From Octopus vulgaris (taxonomy: Eukaryota), in assembly GCA_951406725.2 (NCBI GenBank), contig OX597827.1, positions 21,390,001-21,454,000 of the forward strand: 64,000 bases of DNA, given 5' to 3'. A program made the position numbers and the translations under genes. Under the pieces are notes generated by a model. The model had not been told where the DNA came from and did not search any database. It was given only the letters and a program-made list of their open reading frames with translations. Below, in pieces: positions 28,201-41,476 of the stretch; positions within the stretch are counted from its first letter, which is position 1; each line of letters starts with the position of its first letter.

Positions 28201-29307
28201 AGTTGTTGAAAAGTTCAAAGTTAAATAAAAGTGGTTGTTATTTTGATAAACGTGTGGAAATATAATGTTAAACGTTTAAAAGGGGTTTTTTTTCGATCGC
28301 AAAAATGACAGTGTCCAATAAAATTTATGGGGTCAATATTCAATGAAGAATGAAACGTTAAAAAAATGATAGACCTAATTCACGGATTATCTATGAAGTT
28401 CAGTGATATCTGAGTTTTTCAAGTGAAAATCTATTACTGTAACCCGCGAATCGTTTTCCATTTTCCCATTATTTTTAACGTTTTGTTGCACTTGAATTGT
28501 ATATTTTCTGTTATTTTACTTCATGCTTTGCAATAAAATTGGAAGAGTTATTTTAAAAAATGTTTTAATCTCAGATTACAAGATTTGAGATCGATACAGA
28601 CTTTCTACTTATTGTTTTAAATTCGGGCCATGAGAAAAAGAGAAACCAAAAACGAGTGGTTCTCTTTAAAAGAAAATGTCATTTAATTCACCAGAGTTAT
28701 ACAAACGAAAGAAAAATTTATTTCCTTGTACTTGATAGTCAAATAATCATTTTTTTATGATCTTTTTCCAACAATAAAACAGTCTTTGTGTATTTGTTTA
28801 CGGCGAGATTGTTTCTACATCGCAAAATACTAACTCCAATGAATGATTTTCTTACGAGTTCGAATCTGCTTCAAGCATATTTAAGCTTTGATTTATACAC
28901 ATCACTGCAGCCACCCGGTAATAAAACAGAATATTAATTCTTTGGCGAAAACAAGTTTATTAAAAGGTGCTTTGCCGGTAGAATTAAACGATCAAGACCG
29001 TTGCTGTGATTGAACCCAATTCAAAATTGCAACCGCGACTAAACTAATTTTCTACGCTCTTTCCAAACATTTAAGAATTTGTGTTATTTTGCGTAAAACT
29101 ACGGACGACGCTTGCTGATTGCTCTATCTTTTCAGCGAAAGACACGCTTGTACCTTATGTCAACAAGAACACGCCTAAAAGCAAACTCGATCATAATCTT
29201 TTGACGTTTTTGGACATAAGTAAATACAATAGATTATCTTAGGTATCCTTCCCCTATTTTTTTTTCTTTCAAATCTGTGCTGTGTAATTTGAAATTTCAT
29301 TCCTATT

Positions 29308-29712
29308 TCTTTTCGGTTTGAACGGCAGTTTTTTCTAGCGGTGTCATATGAAATTGTCACCCATAATTATGACCCTAGTATCGATCTATTGCATTTCAAT
29401 CTGTTTTAGGGTTAGGGTTAGGAGGAAGGGTATCTTTTTTTCTTCACAAATGTAAATAAACCCAATCTGTTTCTTAAACGAGGGACATATTCATACGGCA
29501 CAGAATGTTTTCATCTCAATAGACGTAATTGATTGGTTGAAATTGCAAAAATTGAAGAAAAAAAAACAACATATCTTACAAACTATAGAATTTTTTAATA
29601 AAGCCAAGAGAAAATGATGTTTTATAAACACATTCTACCAGTATACGAAGTTTAAAATTTTTTAGTTACCTAGAAATTATGTTAAAAACTGCCGTTCAAC
29701 CCGAAAAGATCC
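29308..29712 (-). mobile_element. MULE-like MITE (same family as 4251 and 13979) with (TTAGGG)n on the + strand
   Basis: TIRs at both ends; ttagggttagggttagg at about 29405-29422. Confidence 0.85.
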
Positions 29713-30486
29713 GAAAGCCGAATGACCACGTAGAAGTTCTCTCGTTGGCTTGTATTCGATTTTAATCAATATGGCTTTTATTTGGATTAAAAGGGCAAAA
29801 GTAAACCTTGCGTTTATGTTTAACAAATGTAAGTCATTCGATGTAGATGACTGATAGAAACGTTCAGTTGAAGTGTTTTATAAACTGTAGCCGATCTCTG
29901 GAGTTTAAACAAAACATTTATACAGGTAAATCATCAGGAATTTAGCGAAAAAGAAGTTAATATTATCTATGTCTAGATATGCGCACGCGTGTCTGTATAA
30001 ACAGTCGCTCTTTCTCAGATCTTGACCCAAATAATTGCTGTATCCCGTTTACCTATCAATAAATTTGTATCAATTTTTGGAAATTATTGAAGTATCCGAA
30101 ATGCCAAGTACCATCTTTCTTTTATGCTTGTTAACCATTTTACGTACTTATTGAGGTCGCTAAATGAATAAGCGAATAACGTCCTTCAAGACACTCAAAC
30201 GTTAGTCTGTATCTTATAAAGCTTTGGATTACATTTTTAACTCTGCGGTGCATTTGAGAACCACTGGTAAATGTCGGTGGCACCACGTCAAATAAAGAAA
30301 GAAAGAAAGAAAACAAAAGAAAATTCCTTCCTCTGTTGCCAAAACTGAATTCTGTTAACCCTAACTAACGGCACCGCTGCCAGACATTGGAATAGTTGTA
30401 CTAATTATGGAAATATTTTAACCAACATTGGCTTTAGTCTTCGGAATACGAAACTACAACGCTCTGCTCTCAATAATATATTAACA

Positions 30487-30890
30487 AGGGCGGCGAGTCG
30501 GCACGCCGGGCGAAATGCTTAGCGGTATTTCGTCTGTCGCTACGTTCTGAGTTCAAATTCCGCCGAGGTCGACTTTACCCTTCATCCTTTCGGGGTCGAT
30601 AAATTAAGTACCAGTTACGCACTGGGGTCGATGTAATCGACTTAATCCGTTTGTCTGACCTTGTTTGTCCTCTCTGTGTTTAGCCCCTTGTGGATAGTAA
30701 AGAAATGGGTATTTCGTCTGCCGCTACGTTCTGAGTTCAAATTCCGCCGATGTCGATTTTGCCTTTCATCCTTTCGGGGTCGATTAAATAAGTACCAGTT
30801 ACGCACTGGGATCGGTGTAATCGACTTAATCCCTTTGTCTCTCCTTGTTTGTCCCCTCTGTGTTTAGTCCCCTGTGAGCAATAAAGAAAG
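30487..30890 (+). mobile_element. SINE family A head-to-tail dimer
   Basis: Junction gtaaagaaatgggtatttcgtctg near 30700-30720; flanking aatatattaa is repeated. Confidence 0.9.
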
Positions 30891-30959
30891 AAATATATTA
30901 AGAAAAGATAATTAACCACTAATTGGTTACTTCTGTTGAGTTTTCTATGCAGCCAACAA

Positions 30960-31800
30960 CATCGATTTTCTAGTCTGGGTATTCTCTAAAGGGATGTGGG
31001 TCAGCCGAATCAAATGTTTTGCTGCGGCTCAAAAAGTTCCATTTCCCTGCTCCTTCAACCACACACCTCATGCGGGGTGGCTGAACCCGATGTGGCCCAG
31101 GACCGTTGAAGGCCTTCGCCCCCTCACTTCAGAATACAGATGCCCAACGTAACTGGGATGACATCAAATGCCAATCTACCTTCAGGCAAATTGAGACATC
31201 CTTAGGCCAGCACCGACTCGCCTGCCTCCGTTTCACTTAGCGGAGAAATAGCGGTGCGTCGATCAATTCGGTGCCCTGCACGTGTATGAGTCGCACAGAT
31301 ACTGTTGTGGAGCAGTAATCGATGAATTCAGCCTGCAAGTCAGAGCGCAGACCGAATTCCCTTATACGCCGCTCCGAACGACATTAGAAGGGGCCGCGAC
31401 GCAGTTGGCTTCCCGTCTCAGCTAGAGCCGGTAGGTTTTTTCTGCGGGGATAGTAAATGCCCCCGCCGGAATAGCCCTTCTTGTCATACGAGGGAGACAG
31501 ATCCCTAACCTGGGATGCGACGTGCTGCGACACGTTTTCCGTCTCCAGCCTTGCTGCATCGGCCGCAAACCCCGGGTCTCGCCGCCCGTAACGCAGGGGA
31601 GAGAAAGTTATTAAACAAATACAGGACTGGTCGTCGTCGTCGAGATCTAAAGGTGTTCTCAGACCCTGTCACTGCTAACTTCCTCACCAAAATCGAGAAA
31701 TGAGTTCCGCTCGGTGGAGTGACCGTTGCAGTAAGTGTCGCGCTGGCCATTCCCCGCGGCAACGCCTTTGCAATCATGTCCACGAGGCACAGCTGAATAC
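30960..31800 (+). mobile_element. 3' fragment of a CRE-clade (restriction-like endonuclease) non-LTR retrotransposon, frameshifted
   Basis: GC-rich island. Stitched translation: H.YCCGAVID..., GFPSQLEPVG, DSKCPAG...RSLTWDATCCDTFSVSSLAASAANPG.AARNAGERK..KY, then SVALAIPRGNAFAIMST. This matches the RPDG...WD.T..DT...A...E..K..KY ... S.A.QRGNA pattern of CRE elements. Confidence 0.75.
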
Positions 31801-33319
31801 ACCCTTAGTTCCGGAGTCTACAACCTGTTGCTCCCTTCCCTCCCCCCATCTTTTGCTGCTTAATCTCCCACATTCTTTTTTTCTTCTTTTCTTTGTTTCC
31901 TTGATGAAGCAGTTCGGAATTGTTTTGTTTGTTTTTTCTCGATAGTTCGATCCTTTATACTTTTTTTTTTCTTCCTGTAAAAATATGTCGCTGAATTAAA
32001 TTATTATCGGTTTTTGGGCTGGAAGTATGGTTGATAAAATCACCCCCAATCGATATCGATATTGACGTTAACTACAACCCCCACCTTCCCCTTTACAGAA
32101 TTGACCTAGTAGTGTGTCAAAAGAAATCGTTATTCTATTCGGCTGTGGTTGGCAGATATGGCAGTACAGTGGATATAAAATATCTTTGTACATTAGTTAA
32201 ATTCAGCTGGTTACGATTTTTGCTTTTACTCAATAAATACCATTAAACAGAGCGAAAGACGATACACTTTCTACTCTTCTATAAATGCGTGACCTTGTGC
32301 TTAATATGAGAAATTATTTAGTTGTCACGTCACCAAAGCTGGCCTTTATTAGTGCCACGTTCCTAGAAATAATCTACGGAGTCTTTTCTCCATTTAAAAA
32401 CAGGTTCCGATTGTTTTCCAGTGGAGTATGAAGCGAGAGGTGTCGACCACGTCAACCTATCATATTTATTTCCATATCTCGAGGCTTCATAAATTAACGA
32501 CATACTGTGTAGCCTTCCCGACCAATAACAGCTGAAGGTGTGTCTTGGTGCAACGTTTTCAGTTTGAGTTATTCCGTTTCGTCATTCATTGTATGGCGAA
32601 TAGTTCTGTTGTCAAATTCCCAATTTTAATGTGTGCTTGAAAGGCTTGGGAAATTGTAGAAACTGATTATAAACTAAAATTAATTGGGGAGTGACAGCTG
32701 ATTATCATACTTGCTTGGAGTGGTCTCTCTCATTGTGTAGTACTGCTTACGTACGTAGCTGACAGAATTAATAGAACGTAATTTGACAGATTGTTCAAAC
32801 AAAAGATATATATTATATATTGTGTGTGTATGTATATAATACGTTTGTGTATAAAACTTTACACTACTGATAAAGGTGTGTCTTGACCAAGCACGCTTGA
32901 AAATGCTCCCGTTATGCCCAGCCCGTCTCGCCAATCCCGCTTCTATTTTAAGGATTTTATCGTGTGATTTGAGTGTGTTTTTGTTACTATTTTTACGTGG
33001 TCGAATGATCTTTTAATTTCTGTTTTGTGCCGTCCCTAATGTTTTTGTGAATCCTGTGTGGTTAACGAAAACAAAATTATTAAATAATAATAATAATAAT
33101 AATAATTACTATTATGGCTCAGAGCTCCCGATCTTACTTGCTCTGGTTGATTCTGTAGGAACTGACAGCAACCTGTTGTCAGAAGTCTCTCAGGGTTTCT
33201 TTAAGACTTGGCACTTGGATATTAAGTATCGTGCAAGACACTCAACACCCAGGTACCAATCTCAAAGTCCTAGCTGTCCCCCAACAGAGCAGTTTTGGGA
33301 ACTGCTTTATTATAATTTA

Positions 33320-33750
33320 GGCGATGAGCTGGCAAAATGCTTAGCGGGGTTTCGTCCGTCTTTAACGTTCTGAGTTCAAATTCCGCAGCGGTTAACTTGG
33401 TCTTTCATCCTTTCGGGGCCGATGAAATAAGTACCAGTTACGCACTGGGGTCGATGTAATCGACTAGCCCCTCTCCTCCAAAATTTCACATTTTGTGTCT
33501 ATAGTAGAAAGGATTTATATTATTATTATTATCATTATTATTATTATTATTATTAAGGTGGCGTATTGACTGAATCGTTAGCACGTTGGACAAAATACTT
33601 AGCTTCATTTCTTGCGACTCATTACATTCTGAGTTCAAATTCCGCTGAAGTCAGCTTTCGATGTCAAAGTAAGTCACCAGTGAAGTATTGAGGTTGATGT
33701 AATCGACTGACCCCTTTCCCTCTAAAATCGCTGGTCTTGTGCCAAAATTC
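33320..33750 (+). mobile_element. Two diverged SINE family A copies separated by (ATT)n
   Basis: Both contain ttctgagttcaaattccg and gatgtaatcgact. Confidence 0.75.
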
Positions 33751-34391
33751 ACATTATTTATCATCGTTATCAAAGACAGCATCTAAAGTTTGGCTGATAG
33801 CTCAATATGTGCAGAGCTGTAACAGCGAAACAACTTTTGACCCGGAGACACGTAACTGTTAACACTTCCTTGAGTTGGTGCACTAATGGTGGCCGGCCAC
33901 TCCTTTATTAACAGGAAATGTTGTGGTCTGGCCGTTGGGTTTGTACAACTTCCGATTTTACTTACGGCTTAAACAGTCCTCAACAATTTTTTATTGAAAA
34001 GGAATGCCGGAATGATTAATAAATATAATCATCCTTTCAAGTTTGTGGGTGTGGGTCAGTTGTTGATCAAGAAGAGCAGACTTTTGTTCTGTCCAAACAA
34101 CTCTTGGCTTTTCTACAGTTTTAGTGATCTTCAACTATATATTTCATTAGATTTAATTAGCAGTTTTAATTACCTCGAAGTCCATTCAGAATATTATGAA
34201 ATCGATTTAATGCAAGCGTTCGATTATTACTGGGTCTGTCGATGAAGTTTTGGGGAACTGGTTTATTTTCTTCTCGCCCGTGTCCATTCGATGTCGGTTC
34301 CCTCCTTTGTGTTAGCATCAGATATACCAAGGTGAATATAGACATTGTCTCCTATAAAAGCTGTCCATTCAAGTCTTCCTCTCCTCGCTAC

Positions 34392-34507
34392 GACAGTATG
34401 AGTTGGCTGCTATTTCTAGCGAGCCGAACGACCAAATAGAGGCTCAACTGTAAAGCCTCTTATTTGGTCGTTCGGCTCGCTAGAAATAGCAGCCAACTCA
34501 TACTGTC
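34392..34507. repeat. Near-perfect hairpin: 53-bp arms, one bulged T, 9-nt loop
   Basis: 34392-34444 is the reverse complement of 34454-34507; loop caactgtaa. Confidence 0.93.
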
Positions 34508-35894
34508 TTTAAAAAGGAAGGGGCATGTTACACTGGTTTATGTCGCCCTAAATTCACTCATTTAGTCACGGTTTTGTTAGGCCCCATTCACTTTTTTCGA
34601 CAATATCAATCCCAGGATTTTTTTTTATTCATATCTATTTATCAAACTTCAAAACAAACGTACGCACACACACACACACACTTCTTCTTTACGAGTTCCC
34701 GTCTCCCAAATTTCACTCGCAAAAGCATTAGTAATATCGCCGATTATGTCACGCAGTGGGATCGAACCCCAAATCAAGTGGTTATGAAGTGAACTTCTTG
34801 GCTACACAGCCATAAAAAAAAGATGGGAGTAGATGTGTTGGTCACAACTGTAATGTGTTTTGTTTTTGGAGCTAATCCAGAGTTGAACACAAAACATAAT
34901 TCTTTTTTCTAATTTAAAATCTATAAAGAAAGGAGGTTAGCAAAGGTTTTGCTTATGTCTCTCTAGAACAACCTACGCACAGACAAATACTTGCCATTGT
35001 TTTTTTTTGTTTTTTTCATGTAAGATAAACCTCACCGAACCAGTTTTCCTTAACCTCATACTTTCGTTTTCGTTATAATTCTTATATATATATATATATT
35101 TTTTTTTTCTTTCTTGGATTTAAAATCTGTTTTATTTTTGTTGTTAACATTTTGTACAATTTTATAGTGAATAACATTTAATTTAGAGGCAGAAAAAAAA
35201 ACCCTACATGGTCACTCGTATTACAAGAAATAGCTAGATTTCTTTCAGATTTCCTTTGATTTGGGGGAGAAAGAAAAAGCTAGGACTAATTCGGTACATC
35301 GTTATGTTTGAATAAAAGACAAGACTACCGTGGTTGGAACACCTTTGATGGTAAGGTTTGCTAGATCGGGAGTTAAATAACGACACCCCTCATAAAGGAT
35401 CGCCTCACCATTTTTGTTCACATCCCATATCTATCTATCTAGCTGTCTGTCTGTCTGTCCATCCGTCCGTCCATCAGTCTATCTATCTATCTATATCTAT
35501 CTGTCTATCTAACCATCTATACACACACACACACACACACCCATATAGATGTAGCAGTGGTATGTGTAATATTTTGGCGAGACTGTCACACCACACACAC
35601 ACCTTCGTTTATCATTCACGAAACAATCTTATTTCGCTTTCTTCTCGAAAGCACAGACGTTTTATTTTTTATCTCTTTCTGTTTATACTTCACAATTCGA
35701 TCTGTTCGACCTCCAGTCAACAAGTTCAATTTGACACATTCGTTGTTTTTCAGAGAACTTCAGGAAGACATTTTTCTTTCCTTTCTCTTTTTTTAAGTCA
35801 AGGGAGATAACTTCATTCTCATGTTTAGAAAGTTAATTAAACACTTATTTTTTCATTCACTCCAGCGGAGTTGATTGTCAAATTTATAGAGGAA

Positions 35895-36291
35895 CTAGCA
35901 GTATCGCCCGGCGTTGCTCGGGCTTGTTTCGACCCTTTAGAATTAAAATTTTTGAGAAGTAAAAAGTTTGCATTATGTAGCTTGTTATTCTCTTTAAGTG
36001 AACGTTTTTCTGGTTGGAATACACCGAAAAATGGCGACACAGCAGCAGTCAAAAAATCGTAAAAAATAGGGATTTTCATAGAAAAAAAAGCACCTTTTTG
36101 ATGCAAATAATTTTTGGTGTTAACATTGTCCGATTTGAATTTTTTCTTCTACGGAAGGAAGAGCAAGCCTTCTTCTATCATACTCTCAATTTTGGTCAAC
36201 TTGCGCCGCAGAGTCTTGGAGGAGGAGATAGTGTTAGTTGAAGGCTACCAAACCTGCCATACGCAGACAACTTCAGCTTTATATATATAGA
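35895..36291 (-). mobile_element. Non-autonomous Helitron
   Basis: The minus strand starts A|TCTATATATA and ends with subterminal hairpin CCCGAGCAACGCCGGG then CTAG|T, in an AT target. A truncated second copy lies at about 44710-44885. Confidence 0.75.
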
Positions 36292-38639
36292 TTTTAAATT
36301 TGATAATGAATAATTTTCAGTTTTGCCAATTTTAAGATTGTCTTTCTGCTTTCCTTCCATCACCGCTACTACCACCATCATCACTCATTCAAAGAACGTT
36401 ATTTTTCTTTTTTATTGTTAGTATGTTGTGGAAGGGGCTGTAACTGTACCATTTTCAGACAGTCTGAAACCAGTAAACGGTTGGCGTAGAATGTAAATGC
36501 CAAGTCAGTGGCTAAAGGAGGGGATTTCAGTGAAAGTGCAGCAATCGGTTCTGAAGAATAGAGATCACTTTAGATGCAGTGGAGGGACAAAGAAGAAGGG
36601 AGTGGACACGTCTGTGCGACAGCAGTTGGAATATGTTCCGTGGGATTAGGTTGGGTATTTGCCAACCACATGGTTTTGGGTTCAGTCCTACTGTTTGGAA
36701 CCTTGGGCAAGCTGTAACCTCAGGCCAGCCAAAGCCTTGTGTGTTTGGAGACAGAAACTGACAGTAGCCCTGTGTGTGTGTGTGTGTGTCTGTCTGTTCC
36801 CCCACCACTGCTGGTGTCGGGATGTTTAGCTTTTCCTCACTAACCATTTTAACCCTTCAGCATTTAAAGAGGCCAAATGTGGTCCAGATATTCTATTTGT
36901 GTTCAAACTGGCCAGTTCAACCTTTCACGCCTACCCTACAATGTCATTCTAAAAATATATAAAAGACAATGTCTGATTAATTCAAAACCATGCAAATAGA
37001 TAAGCATTACATTTCACAGTGTTTGACATGAACTAAGGAAGATAAGCTTTTAGTCACTAAGGACTGAACTACTGGATCTTGGTGACATTAACGTACGTGC
37101 TGGAGAAGTATTCACTTGATACAACAGCTGTGATGCAAAACCAGGATCAGTGATAGATTGACAAGAGAAGATCAGAGGATTATATATGCAGGAAAGTGCT
37201 TTGGAGCAGTTCTGTTGAGCAATATTTATTTTGGTGTAGAGATAATGGTATTTGTTTGCTTTAAAGATCTCAGCCATATCTGGGGTAGGTTGTATTGTGA
37301 GGATAATGACAATGATTTTGTCATAACCTTCATAAATATTATGTAAAAAAACAAAACAATAAGCAATCTGTTGAATTCCAGTACAGCTTGAAGAATTTGA
37401 TAAAGAAACTTGAGGAAAAAGTTATGTTGAAGACCTTGATAAATAAAACTAAACATTCTCACCTCCAATAATAATAATAATAATAATAATAGTTTCAAAT
37501 TTTAGAGAGAGTGGGTAAGTTGATTATAACAGCCCTCAACTAATGCTAGCTTTATTGACCCCCAAAAGAACGAAAGGCAAAGTTGACCTTGGCAAAATTT
37601 AACTCAGAACTTAAATAGAAACAAAGCCTTTTGCCTGGCATGCGAACAACTTTGCCCCAGTGTTCAGTGGTGAGGGACAAAGACAGTGGAATTTGGACTC
37701 GGAATGGAAAGAGCCAGAAGAGATTCTCTAACTCTCCTGCCAACTCACCAACTTAATAATAATAATAATATTAATAATGATGATAATGATTTCAAAGTTT
37801 GGCACAAGGCCAGCAACTTTGGGAGAGGGAGTAAATCACTTACATTGACACACCCCTCCCCAGTGCTCAACTGGTACTTAATATATCGATCCCAAAAGGA
37901 TGAAGGGCAAAGTCAACCTCAGCAGAATTTGAACTCAGATGGTAAAGATGAGCAAAATGCCACAAAGCGTTTTGCCCAACATGCTAATGATTCTGACAGC
38001 TTGCCACGTTAATAATAATAAGAATAATAATAAACCCTGCTTTTCATTCAATAATTCTTGACAGTTGTAATAATTTAACTTTACAAAGAGAAACCAGAGT
38101 TAGTGTGTTCTGGTATTGGAATAAGAAGAAAATTCAGTTCAATACGGCTATCACTGAATACTGAACCTAACGATTGTTTATAATGCTAAAAAAAAAAAAA
38201 AACTGTCTATGGAAATATTCCAGAGAGATAACCAACCTTGAATTGATGGACTTAGAATTAAATCCTCTGTTCAATAGGTATGCATCCAGGTACTCAACAT
38301 GAAATCAAAGTTAAATTCTGTAAAGTTTCTTTGTGAAAGACTAGAAAACCTACACCAACATGAAACAGAATCAGAACTAGGGAAAACAAAAAAAAATACA
38401 AAAGAAAAACAGACAAAAGACCTCCACATGGCATTAGACTAGCAAAATGTCAAAAGTATTTGATCTCAGAAAATACCAAGGAGTTGAAAAGCTTTTTCAT
38501 TTCTGTTACTGTTTGACAGTGGTGCTTTCTTCTCGATGTGTTGTAAATGGATAAACTGAAAGCTGATATTGTCAAAGAAGTACAAGAATTCTACAGTCAC
38601 TAAAGTCTTTTGTCATTAATCTTTTGTCTAAATTGCAGA

Positions 38640-38999
38640 TGTGTTACCAGTGCCGGTGGCATGTAAGAGAACCTTCCGTTTCGCGACCGTTGCCAGCACC
38701 GCCCCGTTTCGTGTTCGTTGCCAGCCTCGCCTGGCCCTCGTGCCGGTGGCACATAAAAAACACCATCCGTTCGTGGCCGTTTGCCAGCTCTGGCTGGCAC
38801 CAGTGCGGGTGGCACGTAAAAAGCACCCACTACACTCACGGAGTGGTTGGCGTTAGGAAGGGCATCCAGCCGTAGAAACACTGCCAGATTTGACTGGGCC
38901 TGATGAAGCCTTCTGGCTTCACAGACCCCAGCAGAACCGTCCAACCCATGCTAGCATGGAAAACGGACGCTAAATGATGATGATGATGATGATGATGAT
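38640..38999 (+). mobile_element. SINE/LINE-tail family D with internal GCCGGTGGCAC.TAAAAAGCACC repeats and (GAT)n tail (RTE-type 3' end)
   Basis: ggttggcgttaggaagggcatccagccgtagaaa...catgctagcatggaaaacggacg-(gat)n. Other copies at about 55006-55387 (+) and 44380, 53680, 55610, 59575, 61143, 62748 (-). Confidence 0.8.
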
Positions 39000-40024
39000 C
39001 CTGGTTCTGTCCATCCTACAGAATTGTCACTGTTCAAGATCTCTTATCAACAAGTGACATCTGCCTTGGAAATCTCTGCTAATATTTTGCAAGTATTTCG
39101 ATTCTACCCACCATCACCCCTCTCCATATGCATAAATTCCATTCTTCTAGGTGTCACACTCACTCTTCAAGACATTAAATCAAAACCAACAATTCTCCTC
39201 CCCCCACAAAATCTACAACTGCTATAAATGGTTTAAGGCAGAAGTGGGAAACCCTTGCATGTTGGAAAGCTACATGACAAGCTTATCAGCTGCATGAGAC
39301 AAATGCATTCAACAAAAATTTCCACTGCTAAATCTGTTATTTTCTAAAATTTAATTATTCCTCCTCATCATCATAAGATGTAATATTTCCTAATTAATAT
39401 ATTTTCTGTTAATTAAATTAAGTTTCCATTCTCAACAAATGCTTAGCTACCAGCACTGACAAGAAAGCATGACTCAGCAACCTGCACTACACAATTGCTC
39501 GTTATTTCACTTGGTGGACATAAACACTCTTTTAGCCTTGTGTTCTGTGTTAATGTGAATTGAATGCTTTGACAAGATCTAATAGGGGCCAAACCCTGCA
39601 TCGTGCTCCACTGTCTGCTTAAGCATGGTTTCTATAGTGGAACATCCTTTCTAATGCCAACCACTTTGTAGCATGTACTGGGTGTCTTTATTTCATGCCA
39701 CCAGCGCCAGTGAGTTTGCCATGCAGTGTGCAAGAGTACGAACCCCGAATGAGGCTGCATTATGCTCAGCGACAAAGGGTTAAAGTATGAGAGAAGGAAG
39801 TGGTCTGGACCTTTTAAAAGAGAAAATGGGAGTGGGGTGAAGCTGGGAGAAATAAAAATAATGGTGATGGGTATTTGTGTGGATCCTCAAGGTATAAAGT
39901 GAATGGGGGAGGGGCAGAAGAACTAGGAATGTGGTTGGGTGCGTAGCAGCTGCAAGACTACGAGGTAATGGGGAGGGGGGTGAATTGGATGACTGAAGAA
40001 CAAGTGTTGAGGGGTGGATAAGGG

Positions 40025-40443
40025 AGTATTTTTATATTCCCTTATCCACCCCTCAACACTTGTTCTATGCCGCATCCTTCGTGTCCGATGGCATCACTTT
40101 GTCTCCAACAATTCGGTGCGACACCAGTGCAGAATCATATCCCTCCGTCGTCAACCAGGGGAATTCATCTACGAAGCAATTGCCCCAGTTCCTCTTCAGG
40201 GTTGGCGAAAGCGATGTGGTGGACAACGAAAAACCTGGCTGATGACAGTTCAAGGCTGATCTGGAACCCAACCTAGGCTCCCATATCTACTGCATTCGCC
40301 GCTGGAATAAGGAGTGGTTGGAGATCACATGGCCGTTAGCCTCAAATTGCCAGGCCTGGTCGAGTTTGTGAGAGATGCAGCATTGAGGACAAATGAAGCC
40401 AGCTCAACCTACCCCGGGTGAATGCTGTCTCAAGTCAAGCCAA
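40025..40443 (+). mobile_element. 5'-truncated RTE-clade LINE with TSD and inverted flank capture
   Basis: Translation GWRKRCGGQRKTWLMTV..DLEP...RRWNKEWL...LASN.QAW, a typical RTE C-terminus. Short (CAAGY)n tail; TSD gtggataaggg at 40014-40024 and 40444-40454. Confidence 0.82.
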
Positions 40444-40659
40444 GTGGATAAGGGTTTGGGATGGCCAATAATGCAGGGAGGAGGGCGAAGAGCAATAGAA
40501 TATAGAGGAGAAGGAAGAGAGTGACATGACATGTGAAAGGGAAGACACAAAATATTAAAAAGGCAGTGTTTTAGTAGAAGCACCTCTGTCATACCATTTT
40601 TTTCTTTTTTTTCTCCTCCCTTTACCAAAAATTTCTCCAAGCAATTACAATTACCTTAA

Positions 40660-40879
40660 CCCTTTCATTACTGCATTAATTTTGAGATGTTCTGTGTTTC
40701 TTTCGGTTACTTTAAATATAATACAGAATTTAGTAAAATAACTTAGTTATCATTAAGCTAGTGTTAGGAACATAAATTGTGACTAAGGTTTGGTGGAAGA
40801 TTTTAATTCAAAACTTATGAAAACAAGACATTTGTACTCAGAACCAGAGCCAGTTTCAGCCGGGTTGGTATGAAAAGGG
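40660..40879. mobile_element. piggyBac-type MITE (TTAA TSD, CCCTTT termini)
   Basis: ttaa|ccctttcat ... atgaaaaggg|ttaa, 220 bp. Confidence 0.8.
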
Positions 40880-41173
40880 TTAAGCAAGTAATTAGAAATG
40901 CAGATAAAGAAATATAATTAGGCATTTTAAAAATTTGTAATTAATTGGAAAGACAGGGTTTTAAATAAAATAAAAAGTAATCAGCCAAAAGATATTCTAA
41001 TGTAATGGTTTTTCCCTCAAACATTATTGTTTCAGAAGGTTGCATTTAGTCATTTGGAAGAACATACGTTCCTCACTTCTTGTCTTGATGTTTAACAAAT
41101 GACGTTTAAGAACGTGACCTTGAGATATTATTGAAATAAAGGAAAGGGGGGCAGTTTTTGTAGAAACTCTTAA

Positions 41174-41394
41174 CCCTTTAGCATTTAAACCGGCCATATC
41201 TGGCCAAAAGTATTCTGCCTGTTTTATGTTCAAACTGGCCAGATCTGGTCTCTCACACCAGCCATACAATATCGTTTTAAAAATTAACAGCTACCTCGTC
41301 AAAATCTCATCGCTACAAGATAATGCATGATTAGTTCAAAACAATGTGGATAAAAATGGATTAATTTTAGCAGAATAATGCGAACAGTAAAGGG
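41174..41394. mobile_element. piggyBac-type MITE, second family
   Basis: ttaa|ccctttagc ... gtaaaggg|ttaa, 221 bp. Related decayed copies at about 36850, 59278 and 63428. Confidence 0.8.
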
Positions 41395-41476
41395 TTAATG
41401 AAGGTAAGCAGATTTGAAAAAATGAAAATAAAATATTCAAAAATAGCACCCAAAACATAATCAATAGCACATTTAT

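Noticed and set aside
37060-38590. Possible decayed DNA transposase (DTTA-like motif near 37117)
   Set aside because: Too degraded to support by eye; needs a translated profile search.
38640-38830. Repeat-spacer-like pattern suggesting a CRISPR array
   Set aside because: Eukaryotic context, degenerate repeats, related spacers, located inside a multicopy retroposon, no cas genes.
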